Shown piece after piece: positions 17,835-27,512 of a stretch of DNA of 64,000 nucleotides. The translations under genes were made by a program, and so were the position numbers. Source of the stretch: Candidatus Nomurabacteria bacterium. Lineage in GTDB: Bacteria; Patescibacteriota; Minisyncoccia; Phycocordibacterales; UBA9973. Numbering within the stretch: the first letter of the stretch is position 1; every line of letters begins with the position of its first letter. A model generated the notes under the pieces. That model worked only from the letters and a program-made list of their open reading frames with translations. It searched no databases and was not told the DNA's origin. Where the stretch lies: positions 5,878 to 69,877 of the forward strand of contig JBPOHQ010000003.1 in assembly GCA_052035405.1 (NCBI GenBank). The letters run 5' to 3'.

Positions 17835-18827
17835 ATGAAAAACATTAAAAATGTGTTTTATTTATTAGCATTTTATTTATTATTTTTTTCTAGTGCATTT
17901 GCACATGTAAAGTGGTTTGTGGATAGTGATGAAATAATAGAAAAATCGCATAATACTACTCCTTTTTATTATATGACGAGTAAAGAGGTATGGGTGTGGA
18001 TGAGTGTAGTATTTGTCTCTGTTATTATTTTTGGATTTCTGGATTCAGTAATTAAAGCACCAAAAAAGTTAGTTAAGTTTGGTATGGATCATGAGCATAC
18101 AATTAACAGGGTGGCTCAAATTATCCTTGGATTGTTTTTGGTTACAGTGAGTTTTGTTTGGAAGATTATTCTTGTTCCAGATATACATATAAATAACACA
18201 ATCGCTCTAGTACTTGCAGGTGTACAGGCTTTAGTGGGCGTAATGTTCATGTTTAATCTTTATCCTCGACTTGCCTCTATTATTTTACTTGGTTTTTGTG
18301 TTGGCGTAGGTATTTGGAATGGACCAATTACTTTTGCTGAAAACCTCATTCTAGTTTCTCTTGCTGTCTATTTCTTTATTAAAAATTCTTCTACTGATTC
18401 TAGAGTATTTCGCTTAAATAAGCATGCAGTAGAATTTGTCCGATTGGGGACAGGTGTGTCATTAATAGTCCTCGCTTTCACAGAAAAATTAGCGTATCCA
18501 GAATTGAGCTTGGCTTTCTTAGAAGTGCATCATTGGAATTTTATGCAAGGACTTTTCCCTTGGTTTACAAATAATCTTTTTGTTTTGAGTGTTGGATTTG
18601 CTGAAATAATTTTTGGAATTTTATTTATTATGGGTTATTTGACAAGAATTACAACAATACTGATTGCTATATTCTTTGCTCTCTCAGTTACGACTATGTT
18701 GATACAGTTTGGTGCATGGGAGGTTGAAGATTTAGTAGTATATTCTGCTGCCATTATATTTTTAGCATTTGGTCATGGTGCAACAAAATTCTTTCATTTT
18801 TCTTGGAAGAATTTAACAGGAAAGTAA
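17835..18827 (+). CDS. DoxX-family integral membrane protein
   Basis: Start reassigned to ATG 17835 (6 nt after TATAAT); AHVKWF, EKL, AEIIFG...GYLTR motifs; multiple TM helices. Confidence 0.78.
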   Translation: MKNIKNVFYLLAFYLLFFSSAFAHVKWFVDSDEIIEKSHNTTPFYYMTSKEVWVWMSVVFVSVIIFGFLDSVIKAPKKLVKFGMDHEHTINRVAQIILGLFLVTVSFVWKIILVPDIHINNTIALVLAGVQALVGVMFMFNLYPRLASIILLGFCVGVGIWNGPITFAENLILVSLAVYFFIKNSSTDSRVFRLNKHAVEFVRLGTGVSLIVLAFTEKLAYPELSLAFLEVHHWNFMQGLFPWFTNNLFVLSVGFAEIIFGILFIMGYLTRITTILIAIFFALSVTTMLIQFGAWEVEDLVVYSAAIIFLAFGHGATKFFHFSWKNLTGK

Positions 18828-18829
18828 TT

Positions 18830-19876
18830 TTATAGTGACCAGTTTGGTAGTCGCTCTATATCGTTGACGTCGTCAAATTTTTCTTTTCGAGCATGATGGT
18901 ATGCTGCAACAGCAATCATCCCTGCATTATCTCCAAAGAGTTTTTTATCAGTAGGGAAGTGAATTCTTAAATTTTTTCCAAACTCTTTACGCACTCTCTT
19001 TCTTAGTGCTAAGTTCGCACTAACTCCACCCGCAAGAATAATATCTTTTATTTTATGTGTGTTTTCTATGTTTTCTAAAACTATCTTTGTTTTAAGTACC
19101 AGTGAGTCTATGGCGGATTTTTGGAAAGAAGCAGCGATGTCGCAGATAATTTGTTTCTTTTCTTTTTCTTTCAGATGCTCAGTAAAAACTTTACGCGTTA
19201 GATATAACACTGCAGTTTTGAGTCCTGAATAACTAAGTTCTGTATTTCGTGTTTTAGTCATAGGGACAGGAAGAGGGAATCGAGTTTCGTCACCATCTTT
19301 TGCGAGATTTTCTATCATCGGTCCACCAGGGTACCCGAGCTCAAGCATTCGTGCGACTTTGTCGTACGCTTCACCGACTGCATCATCTAAGGTTTTGCCA
19401 AGTATTTCGTATGAGCCGTGGTCTTTCATGAGTACGATTTCTGAGTGTCCTCCAGAGACAAGAATGGCTATCAGAGGGAAGGTGTATTCTATTTTTGGAT
19501 TACCTTTTGCATTATGAGAAAGTGCAGAGTAAATATGACCCTCCATATGATTTATTGCTATAACTGGTTTTTTGTATTCGTTTACAAATTCTTTTATTTT
19601 CTTTATTCCAACTTCAAGGGCAATAGCGAGTCCTGGTCCACGAGTCACTGCGAACACATCAATATCTTTGAGTTCTAGCTTTGCGTGTTTGAGTGCTTCT
19701 TTTACTACAAAATCTATATTTTGTTCATGCATACTTCGTGCAATACTCGGCACAACACCACCCCATTTTTTATGGAACTCAATTTGAGAAGAAATTTTAT
19801 TTGAGATGATGTTGTCGTTGTTTGTTATGGCGACAGATGTTTCATCACAAGATGTGTCTATGGCAAGTATTTTCAT
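18830..19876 (-). CDS. tsaD: tRNA N6-adenosine threonylcarbamoyltransferase TsaD
   Basis: IDTSCDET, HMEGH, LVSGGH, DDAVGEAYDK, SYSGLKT, GGVSAN, DNAGMI. Confidence 0.97.
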   Translation of the reverse strand: MKILAIDTSCDETSVAITNNDNIISNKISSQIEFHKKWGGVVPSIARSMHEQNIDFVVKEALKHAKLELKDIDVFAVTRGPGLAIALEVGIKKIKEFVNEYKKPVIAINHMEGHIYSALSHNAKGNPKIEYTFPLIAILVSGGHSEIVLMKDHGSYEILGKTLDDAVGEAYDKVARMLELGYPGGPMIENLAKDGDETRFPLPVPMTKTRNTELSYSGLKTAVLYLTRKVFTEHLKEKEKKQIICDIAASFQKSAIDSLVLKTKIVLENIENTHKIKDIILAGGVSANLALRKRVRKEFGKNLRIHFPTDKKLFGDNAGMIAVAAYHHARKEKFDDVNDIERLPNWSL

Positions 19877-19887
19877 ATTTTTATTTT

Positions 19888-20994
19888 TTAAACTGCATAG
19901 TCGCTAACCGTGATAATACGAGTATTGCTATTGTCTTTGTGTTCTATTTTTATCCATATGATCACTGCATCTTCGGAGATGCGTTCAAATAATTCTGTGA
20001 CTTTATCCGCCCATTCGATTGAAAAAACATTACCTTTGGATACTTGGTCAAAGAATCCAAGCTGCTCTAACTCTGCCCCATCAAAAAGTCTCCAAGTGTC
20101 TATGTGATACAGCATAGGTTTTTTCTCAGATAAATATGAATCAGGAACGGTTTCTATGTTGTATTCTTTTTCTATAATGAATGTTGGTGAATTGATAGTA
20201 TCTTTAATTCCTAATACTTTTGCAATACCTTTAGTCATTTCGGTTTTACCTGCACCGAGTTCACCTTGAAGTGCAAATATGACAGATTTATATCCAAAAT
20301 AGTGCTTGTATTTGTTTAAGAGTTCTATGCCGAGAGCTTGAGTTTCTTCCGGAGAATGAGTAGCTCTTTCTAATACTGGAGTCAGTTTTATATTGCCTTG
20401 CCTTAGTACGACTTCTTGATTGAGGGTTGTGTCGACTACAGTTGAAGGCTCTCTTTTTGGAAGTTGCCCAGCATCGAGTATCAGAGAAATAAGGTTTTGT
20501 TGCTTTGTGGATATGTTATTTAAAATATCTTCTACTGCATAGGGTCTTTTTTTGTATGATGCGTTAGCACTGGTTGCAGTGATTGGTTTGCCTAATGCGG
20601 TGACGATATCGAGGACGAGTTGATAGTCTGGTATTCTCACTCCAAGGGTGCCCGTCTCAGACTCTACTCCTTTTGCAACAGTACCCAAGCTTTTTGAAAC
20701 CACAGTGAGTGGTCCAGGGAGAAAGTTTTCATATAAATTTTTTGCTACAGCATTTACTTCTACATATTGCTCTGCCATGTGTATCCCATTGACCGCAATA
20801 GACAGAGGTTTACCCTCGCGTCTAGTTTTATATTCGAGCAGTGTATTTATAGCTTTTTGATTTGTTGCTTCGGCTCCTATCCCATACATGGTTTCTGTGG
20901 GGAAGACCACTAAGCCACCCCTTTTGAGTGTTTCTACGGCTTCTTTGACGACTTCTTCGTAAGGAGTATTAGATATATCTATTCGCTTAAACAT
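19888..20994 (-). CDS. Fused TsaC (YrdC/Sua5) - TsaE protein
   Basis: N-half PTETMYG, PGPLT, ATSAN, PSTVVD; C-half GELGAGKT, SPTF, HIDTWRL, IEWAD. Confidence 0.9.
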   Translation of the reverse strand: MFKRIDISNTPYEEVVKEAVETLKRGGLVVFPTETMYGIGAEATNQKAINTLLEYKTRREGKPLSIAVNGIHMAEQYVEVNAVAKNLYENFLPGPLTVVSKSLGTVAKGVESETGTLGVRIPDYQLVLDIVTALGKPITATSANASYKKRPYAVEDILNNISTKQQNLISLILDAGQLPKREPSTVVDTTLNQEVVLRQGNIKLTPVLERATHSPEETQALGIELLNKYKHYFGYKSVIFALQGELGAGKTEMTKGIAKVLGIKDTINSPTFIIEKEYNIETVPDSYLSEKKPMLYHIDTWRLFDGAELEQLGFFDQVSKGNVFSIEWADKVTELFERISEDAVIIWIKIEHKDNSNTRIITVSDYAV

Positions 20995-21073
20995 GACGGG
21001 TCCATTATAGCATGGAATGATTGAGCGTTAAGGCGTTGTTTAATGGTCGGACTATGTCTATAATGAAAGGATA

Positions 21074-22450
21074 ATGAGTAAAAAAGTATGGGAAAAGATA
21101 TTTGGAGCTCCTGCAGAACTGCTTGAAAAAACAGTAGAGTTAGAGGAAGAAATAGAAGAAGGTCTGGCTAAACAAAAACCAGTAAGGAAAGTAAAAGAAT
21201 ACTGGAAAATCTTAGGCCCCGGGCTAACCACTGGTGCAGCAGATGATGATCCTTCTGGTATTGCTACCTATTCTCAAATGGGAGCCGCAAAGGGTTTTGG
21301 TCTTATATGGCTTTCTCTTTTTACTTTTCCTTTGATGTCTGTTGTGCAAGAAATGTGTGCTCGTATTGGAGTCGTCACTGGTATAGGCCTCGCTGCAAAT
21401 ATCAAGAGGCATTACTCTAAAAAGGTTTTATACTTTTGTACGGCACTTTTAGTCTTTGCAAATATTTTTAATATTGGTGCAGACCTAGGTGCTATGGCAA
21501 AAGGTATGCAACTTATTTTTCCATTCTTGTCTTTTACTCTTTTAGTTATTGTCTTTGCTTTAGTTATATTGTTATTACAAATTTTTGTTCCTTATAAGAC
21601 GTATTCAAGTTATTTAAAATATCTTACTCTTGTATTGTTCACGTATATCTTCTCTGCGTTATCTATGAACATAGATTGGGGTAATGTGATAAAGCATTTA
21701 GTTGTTCCACAGTTTTCTTTTGGTAAAGAAGAAATTATTTTAATTTGTGCAGCATTAGGTACTACGATTAGCCCCTATCTTTTCTTTTGGCAAACGTCTC
21801 AAGAAGTAGAAGATCAGATTATGAAAGGAGATACAACTGAGAAAATGAGAAGGGAACATACGACAAAAAAAGATATCAGGGATATGCGTATCGACGTCTG
21901 GTCTGGAATGTTTATGTCCAACCTAGTTATGTTTTTTATAATTGCTGCTTGTGCAGCTACCTTGTATGTTAACGGTATCACCAATATTATTTCAGCTTCC
22001 GATGCAGCACTGGCACTTCGACCTTTTGCGGGTGACTCAGCATTTTTCTTGTTTGCTATTGGTATTATCGGTACTGGACTTCTTGCTATCCCAGTTCTTG
22101 CAGGCTCTTCTTCATATGCTGTTTCTGAGTCGTTTGGTTTTAAGTTTGGTTTATATCGAAAGCTCAAAGAAGCAAGTGCTTTCTACGGAGTCATTATCAT
22201 AGCAATGGTCTTAGGAATACTGCTTAACTTTGTTGGGTTTGATCCTATCCAGGTGCTTATCTACTCTGCTGTATTCAACGGACTCATCTCTCCGATTATG
22301 CTTTTCCTTATAGTTCGTATTAGCTCAAATGAAAAAATCATGGGTGAGTATAAAAACAAAAATCTGAGTAGGGGTATGGGTTGGCTCACTGTAGTGCTTA
22401 TGAGTATGGTGAGTGTTGCGTCTATCTTTTTTCTTTTAGATGTTTTTTAG
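21074..22450 (+). CDS. Nramp-family divalent metal transporter
   Basis: GPGLTTGAADDDPSGIATYSQ, QEMCARIG, LGTTISPYLFFWQ. Confidence 0.9.
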   Translation: MSKKVWEKIFGAPAELLEKTVELEEEIEEGLAKQKPVRKVKEYWKILGPGLTTGAADDDPSGIATYSQMGAAKGFGLIWLSLFTFPLMSVVQEMCARIGVVTGIGLAANIKRHYSKKVLYFCTALLVFANIFNIGADLGAMAKGMQLIFPFLSFTLLVIVFALVILLLQIFVPYKTYSSYLKYLTLVLFTYIFSALSMNIDWGNVIKHLVVPQFSFGKEEIILICAALGTTISPYLFFWQTSQEVEDQIMKGDTTEKMRREHTTKKDIRDMRIDVWSGMFMSNLVMFFIIAACAATLYVNGITNIISASDAALALRPFAGDSAFFLFAIGIIGTGLLAIPVLAGSSSYAVSESFGFKFGLYRKLKEASAFYGVIIIAMVLGILLNFVGFDPIQVLIYSAVFNGLISPIMLFLIVRISSNEKIMGEYKNKNLSRGMGWLTVVLMSMVSVASIFFLLDVF

Positions 22451-22489
22451 TATATACTGTATACATATTAGTAGCTTAAATGTATATAT

Positions 22490-22963
22490 ATGCAAACAGA
22501 TAATAAGAAAAATATGATTGTGTGGGTGGTACTCGTCCTTTTAGTAATAGGAGGGTTAGTTTTTGTTTCTATTAAAAATAAAAATTCTAAAGAAGAGGTA
22601 ACAGAAAATACAACTATGGAAAATTCAAATGGTGTAAAAATAACAGTAGTAAGTGAAGGTGCAGGAGAACCTGCAAAGGCAGGGGATACTGTATCTATGA
22701 ACTACACAGGAAGACTTGAGAATGGAACAGTGTTTGACTCCAATGTCTTGCCTGAATTTAATCATGTCGAACCATTTATGTTCACCCTTGGTGCTGGGCA
22801 AGTTATCAAAGGATGGGACATCGGAGTAGATGGAATGAAAGTAGGAGAGAAGCGAACCTTAGAGATAAATTCTGAATTCGCATACGGAGCTACTGGTGCA
22901 GGTAATGTCATCCCCCCAAATGCAAAGTTAGTTTTTGAAGTCGAATTAGTAGCAATTAAATAA
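22490..22963 (+). CDS. Membrane-anchored FKBP-type peptidyl-prolyl isomerase
   Basis: YTGRLENGTVFDS, GQVIKGWD, IPPNAKLVFEVEL; N-terminal TM. Confidence 0.95.
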   Translation: MQTDNKKNMIVWVVLVLLVIGGLVFVSIKNKNSKEEVTENTTMENSNGVKITVVSEGAGEPAKAGDTVSMNYTGRLENGTVFDSNVLPEFNHVEPFMFTLGAGQVIKGWDIGVDGMKVGEKRTLEINSEFAYGATGAGNVIPPNAKLVFEVELVAIK

Positions 22964-22973
22964 TAAATAATAT

Positions 22974-23777
22974 ATGCAAATTAAAGAATTAATAAAAGAA
23001 AATAAACATTTTGTATTTAAAGCATGTCTTGTGTTCATTTTCATTCTTCTTCTTTCAGGTGGTATGAGACATCCTGGTGAGATGAATTTTCAAAATAATG
23101 AGAAGAATACAATAACCGTCAGTGGTCACGGAGAAGTGAATGCTGTGCCTGATATTGCAACAATATACTTCACTGTTGAATCAAGTAAGGCTACTCAGAA
23201 AGAATCTAGTGATGAAGTAAATACTAAAACTAAGAAAGTATTAGAATTTCTAAAGTCCTCAGAAGTAGCTGATAAAGATGTCAAAACTGAGAACTACAGT
23301 TCTTACCCTAAATATAATAATCCAGAGTCTTGTCCTGCATACTACGGAGGAGGAATAGTACCACCTTGTCGTACAACAGAGGCGAAGATTGTAGGGTATA
23401 CCGTATCTCAAAGCGTAACTGTAAAAATTCGTAAAGTAGACGATACTTCAAAGATCGTTGATGGTATTAATGCGTTAGGAGTAACTAATATGTCTGGACC
23501 TACGTTAGCTATCGATAATGAAGAAGCTTTAAAGGTTGGAGCTCGAAAATTAGCTATCGACAATGCAAAAGATAAAGCGAGAGTGCTCGCAAGAGACTTA
23601 GGGGTACGTCTAGGTAAAATTTCATCTTTTAATGAGACAGGAAATTACTACCCAATGTATGCGGGAGCGGCAATGATGAAAGATAGTGTGTCTAGTAACC
23701 CTGCTGTGCCATCAGAGATACCAAAAGGGGAGAATACAATATCTTCTGACGTTACCATTACTTACGAAATAAGGTAA
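22974..23777 (+). CDS. SIMPL (DUF541) domain protein
   Basis: ITVSGHGEVNAVPDIA...ARKLAIDNAKDKARVLA..LGVRLG...VTITYEI. Confidence 0.9.
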   Translation: MQIKELIKENKHFVFKACLVFIFILLLSGGMRHPGEMNFQNNEKNTITVSGHGEVNAVPDIATIYFTVESSKATQKESSDEVNTKTKKVLEFLKSSEVADKDVKTENYSSYPKYNNPESCPAYYGGGIVPPCRTTEAKIVGYTVSQSVTVKIRKVDDTSKIVDGINALGVTNMSGPTLAIDNEEALKVGARKLAIDNAKDKARVLARDLGVRLGKISSFNETGNYYPMYAGAAMMKDSVSSNPAVPSEIPKGENTISSDVTITYEIR

Positions 23778-23789
23778 ACATAAGGTTAT

Positions 23790-23818
23790 TTGACTAATCT
23801 ACAAAAAAAGAGTAGTAT
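23790..23818 (+). promoter_or_regulatory. Sigma70-type promoter for secE-nusG-rplK
   Basis: TTGACT-17 bp-TAGTAT. Confidence 0.65.
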
Positions 23819-23868
23819 TAAAAGAGCCCTGCGAGGGGCTTTTTTAAGAGGTAAGAAATTAGAACAAT

Positions 23869-24054
23869 ATGTCAAAACTTACAGAATATTTTAATGAAAC
23901 AAAAACAGAGCTAAAGCATGTTATTTGGCCTGGACGCAAGCAGACTATCTTTTATACCCTTATTGTTATCGTATTGTCTGTCGTAATTGCTTATTTCTTA
24001 GGAGTTTTTGACTTCTTATTCGGAAGAGGATTAGAGAAGTTAATTTCTTTCTAA
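23869..24054 (+). CDS. secE: Preprotein translocase subunit SecE
   Basis: ELKHVIWP + TM helix, upstream of nusG. Confidence 0.93.
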   Translation: MSKLTEYFNETKTELKHVIWPGRKQTIFYTLIVIVLSVVIAYFLGVFDFLFGRGLEKLISF

Positions 24055-24080
24055 ATTATTAAATTTAATTTTTAACTTGG

Positions 24081-24626
24081 ATGTCAAAACAAGAAACACA
24101 AGGAGCTAGAAATTGGTATGCTATCCACACGTATGCTGGATACGAAAATGTAGTTTTACGTAATTTGAAACAGCGTATTGATTCACTTGGTATGCACGAA
24201 AAGATTTTCAATGTTATTGTGCCGGTTGAAAAGAAAATAAAGATAAAAGCTGGTAAGAGAGTAGAAGTAGAAGAGAAAATATACCCTGGATATGTGCTTG
24301 TAGATATGATCGTGACGGATGATTCTTGGTATGTGGTTCGTAATACTCCTCGAGTAACTGGATTCGTTGGAGCTGGAGTAAACCCTGTGCCTCTCATGAA
24401 AGAAGAAGTAGACTACTTGTTCAAGAAAATGGATGCACATACAGCAAAACACAACATTGATATCGCTATTGATGAGACAGTACTTATCGTAGATGGACCA
24501 TTTAAAGACCTTGAAGGTAAAGTAAGCTTCGTCGATCAGGAGCGTGGTAAAGTAAAAGTGTTTGTATCCATGTTCGGTCGTGAGACCCCTGTGGAACTGG
24601 ACTTCTTGCAAGTTAAGAAAATATAA
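24081..24626 (+). CDS. nusG: Transcription factor NusG
   Basis: WYAIHTYAGYE, YPGYVLV, RNTPRVTGFVG, DGPF, MFGRETPVEL. Confidence 0.97.
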   Translation: MSKQETQGARNWYAIHTYAGYENVVLRNLKQRIDSLGMHEKIFNVIVPVEKKIKIKAGKRVEVEEKIYPGYVLVDMIVTDDSWYVVRNTPRVTGFVGAGVNPVPLMKEEVDYLFKKMDAHTAKHNIDIAIDETVLIVDGPFKDLEGKVSFVDQERGKVKVFVSMFGRETPVELDFLQVKKI

Positions 24627-24655
24627 GGTAGTGTATAAAAATAATCAGCAAATAT

Positions 24656-25078
24656 ATGGCAAAGAAAATAACAAAGAAAATTAAATTACAGGTTGACGCA
24701 GGTAAAGCTACTCCTGCAGGAAGTCTTGGTCCAGCACTTGGACAGGCTGGTGTAAACATCGGTGATTTCGTTACTAAGTTTAATGCAGCTACTGCTAAAC
24801 AAATCGGTAACAAGGTATCTGTAAATATATTCGTATACGACGACCGAACATATGACTTTATCGTGAAGACTCCTCCAGCTACAGGACTTATCCTCAAAGC
24901 AGCTGGAATCGAAAAAGGTTCAAGTAAGAACGCTGCGACAAAAGTAGGTAAGATCACAAAAGCTCAAGCTCTTGAAATCGCAAAGATAAAGATGGAAAAC
25001 CTAAACTCAAAAGATGACGAAGGTGCTATCGCTATAATCGCTGGATCTGCTCGAAGTATGGGCATAACTGTAGAATAA
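24656..25078 (+). CDS. rplK: 50S ribosomal protein L11
   Basis: GKATP...[11 protein letters not shown]...KTPP...GSARSMG. Confidence 0.97.
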   Translation: MAKKITKKIKLQVDAGKATPAGSLGPALGQAGVNIGDFVTKFNAATAKQIGNKVSVNIFVYDDRTYDFIVKTPPATGLILKAAGIEKGSSKNAATKVGKITKAQALEIAKIKMENLNSKDDEGAIAIIAGSARSMGITVE

Positions 25079-25095
25079 TAAATTTATATATAAAT

Positions 25096-25126
25096 AAAAA
25101 AGCTCTCGCAATGCGAGAGCTTTTTT
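25096..25126. terminator. Bidirectional terminator rplK/dcd
   Basis: aaaaaagctctcgca-a-tgcgagagctttttt. Confidence 0.9.
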
Positions 25127-25128
25127 AT

Positions 25129-25665
25129 TTAGAACTTGTTTTTCCACATCATAGACTCCTTTGGTAGTTTTTCTTGGTGAGAATATTTAGCATTAGATTT
25201 TTTATGATAAAGTCTTTCTACTTTACCTTCTACGACGTAATAGATGAGTTGAGCGATAGGCATACCAGGATATACCCGTACTGGTTTTGAAGTAGATATC
25301 TCCATTGTCCAGAATCCACAGAAGCCTACGTCGCCTTTACCCGCAGTAGCATGTATGTCTATTCCAAGTCGTCCAGTAGAGGATTTTCCTTCTAGGAAGG
25401 GTACATGTTTATGAGTTTCAGTATATTCTAGCGTTGCTCCTAGATAAAGTTCTCCGGGTTTCAATACAAAACCTTTTTCAGGTATTTCAAAATGTTTAAT
25501 TTTATTATGCTTTTTTGCATCTAGAGTCTTGTCGACATATTGTGCAAAGTGTTTACTTAAATGCACGTCATAAGAATTGCCTCCCATATTGCTGATATCA
25601 AAAGGCTCAATGACTATTTGTTTTTTCTTTATAAGTTCAAGAATTTTTTTGTCAGATAATATCAT
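25129..25665 (-). CDS. dcd: dCTP deaminase
   Basis: MILSD, SYDVHL, EGKSSTGRLG, GDVGFCG, YPGMPIAQL. Confidence 0.93.
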   Translation of the reverse strand: MILSDKKILELIKKKQIVIEPFDISNMGGNSYDVHLSKHFAQYVDKTLDAKKHNKIKHFEIPEKGFVLKPGELYLGATLEYTETHKHVPFLEGKSSTGRLGIDIHATAGKGDVGFCGFWTMEISTSKPVRVYPGMPIAQLIYYVVEGKVERLYHKKSNAKYSHQEKLPKESMMWKNKF

Positions 25666-25700
25666 GGTATAAGTTTCGCATAATTAACCTTTTTGTCAAT

Positions 25701-26192
25701 TTAGAAAAATCTTTCATAAATAACAAAGTCGTAGTCAAAAGGATTCTTGGAATCCTTTTTGTTTTTTTCTCGAGATGCCTCAATAAATACTATAGGTATG
25801 ATTTCAGGGAAAAATACATCTGCATCTTTGTCTGCTGCTTTTACTTCTGTAATATAGAGCTTGTTAGCAGACTCCATACCTTTCTTAAACACTTCGCTTC
25901 CACCTATAATAAACACCTCTTTGTCTTTTGAAGCGAGCTTGATAGCTTCCTCAAAAGAGTGAGCTACCTCTACATTTTCTTTTTTATATTTTTTATCACG
26001 AGTGATGACTATATTTCTTCTGTTCGGTAGTGCTTTACCAATACTTTCAAAAGTTTTTCTGCCCATGATGACTGTATGCCCCGTGGTTAGTTCTTTGAAA
26101 CGCTTCATATCTCCCGGAAGTTTAAAAACCAGGTCATTATTTTTACCTAACTCATTATTCTTTCCTATGGCTGCGATGATTGAGAGATTCAT
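25701..26192 (-). CDS. folA: Dihydrofolate reductase
   Basis: LPGDMKRFKELT, MGRKTFESIG, LPNRRNIV, IIGG, DVFFP; start set at ATG 26192. Confidence 0.95.
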   Translation of the reverse strand: MNLSIIAAIGKNNELGKNNDLVFKLPGDMKRFKELTTGHTVIMGRKTFESIGKALPNRRNIVITRDKKYKKENVEVAHSFEEAIKLASKDKEVFIIGGSEVFKKGMESANKLYITEVKAADKDADVFFPEIIPIVFIEASREKNKKDSKNPFDYDFVIYERFF

Positions 26193-26196
26193 GTTT

Positions 26197-27138
26197 TTAT
26201 ACAGCAATCGGAGCTTTGATTGCTTCGTGGGGGTTATAATTTAATAATTCAAAATCGTCTATCGTAAAATCTTCAAGGTTCTTTTTGTTTGGATTTATTT
26301 TCATGGTTGGCATTTTTCTTATAGCATCTTTGCGAGAGATCTGTAAATTTGCTTGTTCAAAGTGGTTTGAATATAAATGTACATCACCGCCAGTCCAAAC
26401 AAATTCTCCCGGTTCGAGGTTTGTAATTTGAGCAACAATCATAACAAGCAGAGCATATGAGGCAATATTGAAAGGGAGACCTAGGAATGTATCGCAACTT
26501 CTCTGATATAACTGACATGAAAGTTTGCCGTTGGCTACGTAAAATTGAAAAAAACAATGACAGGGTGGAAGTCCTGCTTTTGCCATTTCATCTATGTCAG
26601 CGACATTCCAAGCAGAGACTATCATTCGACGTGAGTCTGGGGTGTTTTTAATTTGTTCTATTACATTCTTTAGTTGGTCAATGTGCCTTCCATCTGATGT
26701 AGGCCAGTTTCGCCATTGATATCCGTATATAGGTCCTAAGTCACCATATTCTTTAGAAAAAATTTCGTCAGATTTTATTTTTTCTATGAATTCTTTTATT
26801 CCTTCTTTCCATTCCGTGCTATCGCTTTTTGGAACAGGTACATTATTTTTTATGAGATACGCCTTATAAGGCCATTCATCCCAGATGTGTACATTGTTGT
26901 CTGCCAAATACTTTAAATTCGTATCACCACGAAGGAACCAGAGGAGTTCGTGGATGATTGCTTTTATAGGTACTTTCTTTGTAGTAAGGAGAGGGAAGCC
27001 TTCGGCTAGATTAAAACGCATTTGATACCCTAAAACACTCTTCGTGCCTGTTCCTGTGCGGTCAGTCTTTGTTACCCCATTTTTAATGAGATGTTCCAGG
27101 AGTTCTATATATGACTCGTCTGTGTGTTTACCTTGCAT
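26197..27138 (-). CDS. thyA: Thymidylate synthase
   Basis: [41 protein letters not shown]. Confidence 0.97.
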   Translation of the reverse strand: MQGKHTDESYIELLEHLIKNGVTKTDRTGTGTKSVLGYQMRFNLAEGFPLLTTKKVPIKAIIHELLWFLRGDTNLKYLADNNVHIWDEWPYKAYLIKNNVPVPKSDSTEWKEGIKEFIEKIKSDEIFSKEYGDLGPIYGYQWRNWPTSDGRHIDQLKNVIEQIKNTPDSRRMIVSAWNVADIDEMAKAGLPPCHCFFQFYVANGKLSCQLYQRSCDTFLGLPFNIASYALLVMIVAQITNLEPGEFVWTGGDVHLYSNHFEQANLQISRKDAIRKMPTMKINPNKKNLEDFTIDDFELLNYNPHEAIKAPIAV

Positions 27139-27242
27139 AAAATCATTATACCTTGTGATAAGTTTTCCCCAAAATAACTTGATTTCTCAATAGAGAAAGA
27201 GTACTTTTTAGGTATATTTGTTCACTTTTAAAATTCCTACAT

Positions 27243-27320
27243 ATGTTGAAGTTATGGGGGGTCAAGTGCCCACATTGTGGTGGCACAATATTTCTAGGAC
27301 AGGAACACAAATGTTCCTAG
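27243..27320 (+). CDS. 25-aa Cys/His microprotein MLKLWGVKCPHCGGTIFLGQEHKCS
   Basis: Below the ORF-track size cutoff; upstream TTGATT-17-TACTTT promoter and downstream terminator; CxxC...HxC. Confidence 0.55.
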   Translation: MLKLWGVKCPHCGGTIFLGQEHKCS

Positions 27321-27351
27321 CCAAAACAAAAATTATTTCACTTTTAAACTT

Positions 27352-27381
27352 GCGGTCTCAGGAGGGGCCGCTTTTATTTTT
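27352..27381 (+). terminator. Intrinsic terminator after the 25-aa ORF
   Basis: gcggtctc-agga-ggggccgc + ttttattttt. Confidence 0.75.
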
Positions 27382-27512
27382 ATGAATATGTTTTCTCTTG
27401 CATTAATCTAAAAAGTATGTTACTCTGAATTCAGATAAAGACACCCACGCTGGGTGTTCTTTTTGTTATTTACACAAATTTTTCACCAACCTTTTTTAAA
27501 AATTTTAAAAAA

